The notes under the pieces: generated by a model
What the model was told of the DNA's origin: nothing
Seen by the model: only the letters and a program-made list of their open reading frames with translations
Database searches by the model: none
Translations under genes and position numbers: made by a program
Assembly (NCBI GenBank): GCA_965203805.1
Contig: OZ241917.1
Coordinates: 768,001-832,000 of the forward strand
Length of the DNA: 64,000 bases
Source of the DNA: Candidatus Latescibacterota bacterium
Lineage (GTDB): Bacteria > Latescibacterota > UBA2968 > GCA-2709665
Reading direction: 5' to 3'
Shown: piece after piece, positions 57,574 to 64,000 of the stretch
Layout: each line of letters opens with the position of its first letter
How positions within the stretch are numbered: the stretch's first letter is position 1

Positions 57574-58683
57574 ATGGAAAGCGAAGCCCTGAAACGCACC
57601 CCACTCTACCGGCAGCATGTCGAATTAAACGCGAAAATGGTGGAATTCGGAGGATGGGAGATGCCCGTCCAGTATACCGGAATCGTTGCGGAACACCGTG
57701 CCGTGCGAACATTCGCAGGACTGTTCGACGTCAGCCACATGGGCCAGATCCAGGTCTCGGGCCCCGGGGCGAGGGATTTCCTGCAATATCTGGCGGCCAA
57801 CGACATCAGGAAACTGCAGAACGGCAGATGCCAGTATTCCTTTCTTCTGAACGAGCGGGGCGGCACGATTGACGACATGATGGTCTACCGGACCGGTCCG
57901 GACGCGTTCACGCTTGTTGTGAACGCGTCCAACGCGGAAAAGGACTGGGCTCACGTGGTGGGGGTGGGCGCCGGGCGGAAGGACGTCCACCTGGAAAACA
58001 GAAGCGGTGACCGTGCCCTGCTGGCATTCCAGGGGCCCGCCGCCGGCGCTATTCTGTCTAAGCTGACGCCGGACAACGTCGAGGCGATTCGATTCCACGA
58101 TGTCCGGCCGTGTACCGTTGCCGGCCTGCCGGTATGGCTCGCCGCGTCCGGTTATACCGGCGAAAACGGATTTGAGGTCTTCGTGGATTCGAACGAGGTT
58201 GAACAGCTGTGGCGCGCGCTGCTGGACGCGGGAAGAGACGCCGGGGCGGTGCCGGTCGGCCTGGGAGCCCGCGATACGCTTCGCCTGGAGGCGTCGCTCG
58301 CCCTCTACGGGCACGAACTGGACGCAAATACGTCCCCGCTGGAGGCAAATCTCGGTTTCGCCGTGGCAAAGACCGGTACCTATATCGGTTGCGAAGCGAT
58401 CCGGGAACAGCGGGCACGAGGCGTAGGCAGGAAACTGGTGATGCTGGAAATGGTCGACAGAGGCATTCCACGCCAAGGTTACGAGATTCACGCGACAGGC
58501 GGCGAGGCCGCCGGCGAGGTCACCAGCGGGTCGGTCTCGCCCTGGACCGGAAGGATTATTGCTATGGGTTATGTTGACGCCAATCTGGCAAAACCGGGCC
58601 AGGTATTATCTGTTTCCGTCCGGAACCGGCGGCTCCGGGCGAAGGTGGTTCGCAGACCGTATTACCGTCGGCCGGGCAGCTAG
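57574..58683 (+). CDS. gcvT: Glycine cleavage aminomethyltransferase GcvT
   Basis: RTPLY, FGGWEMPVQY, LFDVSHMG, GYTGE, GLGARDTLRLEA, LYGHEL. Confidence 0.95.
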   Translation: MESEALKRTPLYRQHVELNAKMVEFGGWEMPVQYTGIVAEHRAVRTFAGLFDVSHMGQIQVSGPGARDFLQYLAANDIRKLQNGRCQYSFLLNERGGTIDDMMVYRTGPDAFTLVVNASNAEKDWAHVVGVGAGRKDVHLENRSGDRALLAFQGPAAGAILSKLTPDNVEAIRFHDVRPCTVAGLPVWLAASGYTGENGFEVFVDSNEVEQLWRALLDAGRDAGAVPVGLGARDTLRLEASLALYGHELDANTSPLEANLGFAVAKTGTYIGCEAIREQRARGVGRKLVMLEMVDRGIPRQGYEIHATGGEAAGEVTSGSVSPWTGRIIAMGYVDANLAKPGQVLSVSVRNRRLRAKVVRRPYYRRPGS

Positions 58684-58743
58684 CGTTCTACCCCTCCCCT
58701 GCTCTCCACAACCACCCGAAATTGCAGGGAATACCGCAGAAAA

Positions 58744-58777
58744 GAACCCGGAATCGATTAACGACGCCGGGTTTTTT
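58744..58777. terminator. Hairpin between convergent gcvT and leuS
   Basis: aacccgg / ccgggtt stem with a downstream T tract and upstream A-rich tract. Confidence 0.55.
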
Positions 58778-58779
58778 GC

Positions 58780-61233
58780 CTACGCCACGATGTTTACGAG
58801 GCGATTGGGAACGACAATCACCTTTCTGGGTACTTTGCCCGCCAGATGGTTCCTCACATTCGGCTGCTCCAGTGCCAGCGTCGTGACGTCGTCGTCTTCC
58901 GCGTCCACCTCCACCTGGAACCGGGCGCGGACCTTCCCGTTGACCTGCACCGGCATCTGGATGGTGGCTGGACGCGCAAGCTCCTCGTCCCATTCGGGCC
59001 ACGCCTGCTCGTGAACGCTGTAGCGTTCGCCGATACGTTCCCACAACTCTTCCGACAGATGCGGCGCAAAGGGCGCCAGCAGCAGGCACAGCGACCGGAT
59101 GGCGTCTTTCCACGCGTCCGATTCGGCGACCGCCGCGGATCTTGCCTTGCCGAGCCGGTTGACGAAGGTCATCAGCGCCGCGACTGCCGTGTTGAAGTCG
59201 AACGACTCCAGGTCCGCCGAGACCTTCTTGATCGCCTGGTGGGTCATCCTGCGTAACTCGGTTGTCTCCGCTTTACCCGGTGGTTTGCCCGGCGACGACG
59301 CGGGCTCGACGACAAGCGCCCACACCCGGTTCAGAAATCGCGGAACGCCTTCCACGCCGGCCGAGTTCCAGGGGCCGCCCTGGTCCCAGCGGCTGATAAA
59401 CATGAGATACACCCGCACGCTGTCAATGCCGTGCGAATCGATGAGTTCGTCCGGGTTTACCACGTTTCCCCGGGACTTGCTCATTCTTTCGGAATCCTCG
59501 CCGAGAATGATGCCCTGGTTGAACAGCCGGACCATGGGCTCGGCCTGGTCGGTGGCGATCAACCTCATGTCCCGCATCGCCCGCGTAAAGAAACGGGTAT
59601 AGAGCAGGTGCATGGTGGCGTGTTCGATGCCGCCCGTATACTGATCCACCGGCAGCCAGTACGCCCCCTCTTCCGGATCGAACGGGCCGGCGGCGAAATG
59701 CGGACTGAGGTACCGGTACTGATACCATGATGAACACATGAACGTGTCCATCGTATCGGTTTCTCTTTGCGCGTCCCCGAGACATTCCGGGCATGTCGTA
59801 TGCAGGAACCCCTCGTGATGTTGCAGCGGAGATTCGCCGGTTGGAAGGAATTCCGCATCGTCGGGCAGCCTCACGGGCAGGTCCCGTTCCGGGACCGGCA
59901 CCACGCCGCATTCGGCGCAGTAGATGATCGGTATGGGGCAACCCCAGTACCGCTGACGGGAAATCAGCCAGTCGTGCAGCCGGTAGTTTACCTTCCGCTC
60001 CCCGATTCCCCGATCCTCCAGGTCCTGTGATACCGCGTGCTTCGCGGCGTCGGACGGCATTCCGTTGAACCGGCCGGAATTGACCAGCGTGCCCTTTCCC
60101 TCGTAGGGACGCTGCAACGGGCGGCCGTCCCAATCCGGCGGCGCGATGACCGTGGGAACGGGCAATCCGTACCGTTTCGCGAAGCCGAAGTCCCGTTCGT
60201 CGTGTCCGGGCACGGCCATGATCGCGCCGGTCCCGTACGTTGTGAGCACGTAGTCGGCGATAAAGATCGGCACCTCGGCTTCGTTCATCGGGTTGATCGC
60301 ATACGCGCCCGTAAAGACACCGTCCCGGTCTTTGTCCAGCGACAGCCGGTCGATTTCGGACTGCCGGCCGGCCTTTTCGCGGTACGACGCGACGTCGGCC
60401 GCCTGAGCCCGGGTTGTAATCGCATCGACAAGCGGGTGTTCCGGCGCCAATACCGCGAACGTTACGCCGAAGATCGTATCCGCGCGCGTGGTGAACACCC
60501 GAAACGACGCCCCGGAACCCTTCACGTTCATTTCAAATTCCACCCCTTCGCTGCGGCCGATCCAGTTGGTCTGCATCGTCTCGACCCGGTCGGGCCAGTC
60601 CAGGCCTGAAAAATCCAGCAGCGAATCCGCGTATTTCGTGATCCGGAACAACCACTGATCCAGGTCTTTCTTCACGACGGGCGTATCGCAGCGTTCGCAG
60701 TGGCGGTCGTCGCCCCACACCTGCTCCCTTGCAAGCGTGGTATTACAGCGCGGGCACCAGTCTACCGGGGCCTTCTTACGATAGGCCAGCCCGTGGCGAT
60801 AGAATTGGAGGAAGAGCCACTGCGTCCACTTGTAGTATTCGGGTTCGCACGTAACGATCTCCCTGTCCCAGTCGAACATCGCGCCCATTCTCTTCAGTTG
60901 CCGCCGCATTCTATCCACGTTGTCCAAGGTCCACTTTGCCGGGTGGATCCCCCGCTCGATGGCGGCATTCTCCGCCGGCAGCCCGAAAGCGTCAAAGCCG
61001 ATCGGGAACAGCACGTTGTACCCTTTCATCCGCATCCATCTGGCGCGCGCATCGGAGGGCGCCATCGTATACCAGTGTCCGATATGCAGGTCTCCGGATG
61101 TATACGGCAGCATGGTCAGCGCGTAGTGCTTGGGTTTGCCTTTCTTGACGGCGCTCTTGTAGATTCCGGTCTCTTCCCAGCGCGCCCGCCACCTGGACTC
61201 GATCGAAACAAAATCATACACACTTTCAGCCAT
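58780..61233 (-). CDS. leuS: Leucine--tRNA ligase
   Basis: HIGH, RMSKS, DWLISRQRYWG, VQVNGKVR. Confidence 0.98.
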   Translation of the reverse strand: MAESVYDFVSIESRWRARWEETGIYKSAVKKGKPKHYALTMLPYTSGDLHIGHWYTMAPSDARARWMRMKGYNVLFPIGFDAFGLPAENAAIERGIHPAKWTLDNVDRMRRQLKRMGAMFDWDREIVTCEPEYYKWTQWLFLQFYRHGLAYRKKAPVDWCPRCNTTLAREQVWGDDRHCERCDTPVVKKDLDQWLFRITKYADSLLDFSGLDWPDRVETMQTNWIGRSEGVEFEMNVKGSGASFRVFTTRADTIFGVTFAVLAPEHPLVDAITTRAQAADVASYREKAGRQSEIDRLSLDKDRDGVFTGAYAINPMNEAEVPIFIADYVLTTYGTGAIMAVPGHDERDFGFAKRYGLPVPTVIAPPDWDGRPLQRPYEGKGTLVNSGRFNGMPSDAAKHAVSQDLEDRGIGERKVNYRLHDWLISRQRYWGCPIPIIYCAECGVVPVPERDLPVRLPDDAEFLPTGESPLQHHEGFLHTTCPECLGDAQRETDTMDTFMCSSWYQYRYLSPHFAAGPFDPEEGAYWLPVDQYTGGIEHATMHLLYTRFFTRAMRDMRLIATDQAEPMVRLFNQGIILGEDSERMSKSRGNVVNPDELIDSHGIDSVRVYLMFISRWDQGGPWNSAGVEGVPRFLNRVWALVVEPASSPGKPPGKAETTELRRMTHQAIKKVSADLESFDFNTAVAALMTFVNRLGKARSAAVAESDAWKDAIRSLCLLLAPFAPHLSEELWERIGERYSVHEQAWPEWDEELARPATIQMPVQVNGKVRARFQVEVDAEDDDVTTLALEQPNVRNHLAGKVPRKVIVVPNRLVNIVA

Positions 61234-61257
61234 CTGACGACTCCCTCATCTCATGTT

Positions 61258-62553
61258 TTATGGGTAAAGCCGCTGCAGCATCCGGGGAAACGGAATGGTC
61301 TCCCGCACATGCCGCAACCCGCAGATCCAGGCCACGGTTCGTTCGATGCCCAAGCCGAAACCGGCGTGAGGCACCGATCCGTAGCGTCTCAGGTCCAGAT
61401 ACCACTGGAAAGGGGTCTCGTCAAGTCTGTGTTGGGCGATCTTCCGCCGCAATTCCTCCAGGTTGTCCTCCCGCTGCCCGCCACCGATGATTTCTCCGTA
61501 TCCTTCGGGCGCCAGCATATCCATGCAAAGCGCCAGCCGGCCGTCGTCCGGGTCGCCCTTCATATAAAAGGCCTTGCACGAGGCCGGATACCTGTGCACC
61601 AGGACCGGTCGATCGAACTGTTCGGCAAGAACGGTTTCCTCGTCACCGCCGAAATCGTCGCCCCACGTATGCGACACGCCCTGCCGGTTCAGGATGTCAA
61701 CCGCTTCCGTATAGGAGATCCTCGGGAAGGGTTTTTTCACGCGTTCGAGCGGGGCGATATCCCGTTGCAGCAGCGCAAGTTCCTCCTGGCGCCTTTCCAG
61801 AACCTGCTGAACGACGATGGAGACAAAATCCTCCGCCAGATCCATGTCGCCATTCAGATCCAGATAGGCCACTTCCGGCTCGACCATCCAGAATTCGGTA
61901 AGGTGCCGCCGGGTCTTGGACTTCTCCGCTCTGAACGTCGGCCCGAAGCAGTATACTTTTCCGAAGGCCATGGCACTGGCCTCCAGATACAACTGACCGC
62001 TCTGGGTCAGATAGGCCTGGTCGTCGAAGTAGTCGGTCTGGAAAAGCGTTGTCGTACCCTCGCAGGCCGAAGGTGTAAAGATCGGCGAGTCCGTGAGCAC
62101 GAACTCTCTTTCGTCGAAATAGGTCCTGCACGCCCGGATGACATCGCTTCGTACGCGCAAAATAGCGTGCTGGCGCGAGGAACGCAGCCAGAGATGGCGA
62201 TGGTCCATCAGGAAGGCGGTCCCGTGTGCTTTAGGCGTTATGGGATAGGGCTCCGAGGCATGGACGACCTCAATATCGGAAACGCCGACCTCGAAACCCA
62301 GGGGCGAGCGTTTGTCCTCGCGAACGATCCCGATTACCCGGAGCGACGACTCCTGGGTCAGGCCGCTCGAACGCTCGAACACATCGGCCGACACGTCGCC
62401 CTTGAACACCACGCATTGCACCACGCCGGTTCCGTCTCTCAGCTGGAGAAAATGCAGCTTTCCACTGGCGCGCTTGTTGTGCAGCCATCCCTGAAGCAGG
62501 ACGTCGCGCCCTTCGTACTCGCCGATTCTTGAAATTGAAATGGGTACGGCCAT
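61258..62553 (-). CDS. asnS: Asparagine--tRNA ligase
   Basis: [39 protein letters not shown]; start ATG 62553 with GGAGG RBS. Confidence 0.96.
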   Translation of the reverse strand: MAVPISISRIGEYEGRDVLLQGWLHNKRASGKLHFLQLRDGTGVVQCVVFKGDVSADVFERSSGLTQESSLRVIGIVREDKRSPLGFEVGVSDIEVVHASEPYPITPKAHGTAFLMDHRHLWLRSSRQHAILRVRSDVIRACRTYFDEREFVLTDSPIFTPSACEGTTTLFQTDYFDDQAYLTQSGQLYLEASAMAFGKVYCFGPTFRAEKSKTRRHLTEFWMVEPEVAYLDLNGDMDLAEDFVSIVVQQVLERRQEELALLQRDIAPLERVKKPFPRISYTEAVDILNRQGVSHTWGDDFGGDEETVLAEQFDRPVLVHRYPASCKAFYMKGDPDDGRLALCMDMLAPEGYGEIIGGGQREDNLEELRRKIAQHRLDETPFQWYLDLRRYGSVPHAGFGLGIERTVAWICGLRHVRETIPFPRMLQRLYP

Positions 62554-62749
62554 CGTGTTCCTCCCCGGACGCGCGGTCGATACATCCGGTTTCTCCTCAT
62601 GTTTCAACACCTGCGAACCCAATCCGCAGAGCCCAGGGCAAGGACGCCGTGATTCGCAATGACGGGTTCTCAGCGCAACGTCACAAAACCAAAAAAGACG
62701 ACCGGAAGTTGCCGATCGCCTTTTGCCGACCACTTTCTTACCTGGCGGG

Positions 62750-64000
62750 TCAGCGCCGGTTTGGCCTTCTCGGGCCCCGGGATTGGCGCGGCGGGGGCTC
62801 AACGTATCCGGGCGGAGGCTCGAACGTCGCCTTGCGACTAAGTCGAACCTTGCCCTGGTCGTCGATGGAAATCACTTTGACGTCCAGCGTGTCCCCTTCG
62901 GACAGCACGTCTTCGACCTTGTTCACCCGGCGGTAATCCAATTCGGAAATGTGGCAGAGCCCCTCTTTCCCCGGCAGAATCTCGATAAAGGCGCCGAAGT
63001 CCAGAGTTCGCTTTACGGTGCCGTTGTAGACGCGGCCCACCTCCGGGTCTTCCACGAGCGCCTTGATCATCTCCATGGCTTCTTCGCCGGCCCTGGCGTC
63101 GACCGAACTGACGGTTATCAGCCCGTCGTCTTCCACCGCAACGGTGGCGCCCGTCTCTTCGATGCTGCGTATGGTCTTCCCGCCGGGGCCGATCACCGTG
63201 CCGATTTTTGCGGGATCGATATACAGGGACAGGATACGCGGCGCGTAGGGCGACAGTTCCGGGCGCGGACGGCCGATCGCTTCGTTCATGATACCCAGAA
63301 TGTGGTCAAGCGCACCCCGGGCGCGTCCAAACGCCTCCTGCATGATTTCGAAACTGATTCCCTTGATTTTAATGTCCAGCTGAATCGACGTCAGTCCCTC
63401 GGCCGTCCCCGCGATCTTCAGGTCCATATCGCCAAGATGGTCTTCCGCGCCGAGAATGTCGGTCAGCAGTTCCCAGCCGGAACCGTCGTCTCCCATCACC
63501 AGACCGACACCCGCGCCGGCAACCGCGGTCTTGATGGGTACTCCCGCGTCCATGAGTGCGAGCGATCCGCCGCACACCGTGGCCATGGACGACGAACTGT
63601 TCGATTCCAGGATTTCGGAAACGACCCGAATAGTATAGGGAAAGTGCTTCTCATTGGGCACGACCGGAACCAGCGCCTTTTCCGCGAGGACGCCGTGTCC
63701 GATCTCGCGCCGTCCGGGTGCGCCGATCCGGCGGGTCTCCCCCACGCTGTACGACGGGAAGTTGTAGTCCAGCATGAAACTCTTGTACGACATTCCCTCC
63801 AGATCGTCCACCATCCGGGTATCCAGCTTGCTTCCCAGCGTGGCCACGCACAGCGCCTGGGTCTGGCCCCTCGTAAACACGGCCGACCCGTGCGCGCGCG
63901 GCAATACCCCGAGTTCAATCTGAACCGGCCGAACTTCGTCCAGGGCGCGTCCGTCGATCCGGCGTCCCTCCTCCAGGATCATCCGACGCATCTCCCCCTT
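62750..64000 (-). CDS. pnp: Polyribonucleotide nucleotidyltransferase (5' end outside window)
   Basis: [31 protein letters not shown] domain IGPGG, S1 domain. Confidence 0.97.
   Translation of the reverse strand, partial: KGEMRRMILEEGRRIDGRALDEVRPVQIELGVLPRAHGSAVFTRGQTQALCVATLGSKLDTRMVDDLEGMSYKSFMLDYNFPSYSVGETRRIGAPGRREIGHGVLAEKALVPVVPNEKHFPYTIRVVSEILESNSSSSMATVCGGSLALMDAGVPIKTAVAGAGVGLVMGDDGSGWELLTDILGAEDHLGDMDLKIAGTAEGLTSIQLDIKIKGISFEIMQEAFGRARGALDHILGIMNEAIGRPRPELSPYAPRILSLYIDPAKIGTVIGPGGKTIRSIEETGATVAVEDDGLITVSSVDARAGEEAMEMIKALVEDPEVGRVYNGTVKRTLDFGAFIEILPGKEGLCHISELDYRRVNKVEDVLSEGDTLDVKVISIDDQGKVRLSRKATFEPPPGYVEPPPRQSRGPRRPNRR

Noticed and set aside
60700-62532. 610-aa plus-strand ORF
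   Set aside because: Antisense shadow of leuS/asnS.

Overview
A 64 kb GC-rich bacterial chromosomal window. The lpt genes indicate a diderm, and the 'PNPFN' FlgD-like C-terminal domain suggests an FCB-type lineage such as Latescibacterota (inference). Housekeeping blocks flank the window: pyrG-lptC-lptA-lptB-rpoN on the left and gcvT, leuS, asnS, pnp on the right. The accessory content is: (1) a 1463-aa secreted protein with five lamin-tail-like domains behind a consensus sigma54 promoter; (2) a selenocysteine formate dehydrogenase (in-frame UGA plus SECIS) with a NuoE-NuoF fusion, fdhD and FmdB; (3) a probable methylated-amide/C1 catabolic cluster (homocysteine methyltransferase-SAM methyltransferase fusion, two SDRs, a DMF-amidase beta-like enzyme, a BHMT-like enzyme, a ThDP enzyme, a sarcosine-oxidase-beta-like flavoprotein, a RidA-like protein), interrupted by an IS630 stacked in tandem with a 164-bp MITE that shares its end sequences; (4) the strongest novelty candidate, a six-gene hybrid exporter in which an RND permease is fused to an ABC ATPase split by a ~179-aa membrane insertion, together with a second RND, an MFP, a second ABC ATPase and two ABC permeases, one bearing a peptidase-M1-like domain that lacks HExxH. 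No CRISPR array, rRNA or tRNA was recognised. All calls come from motif reading by eye; no database search was run.
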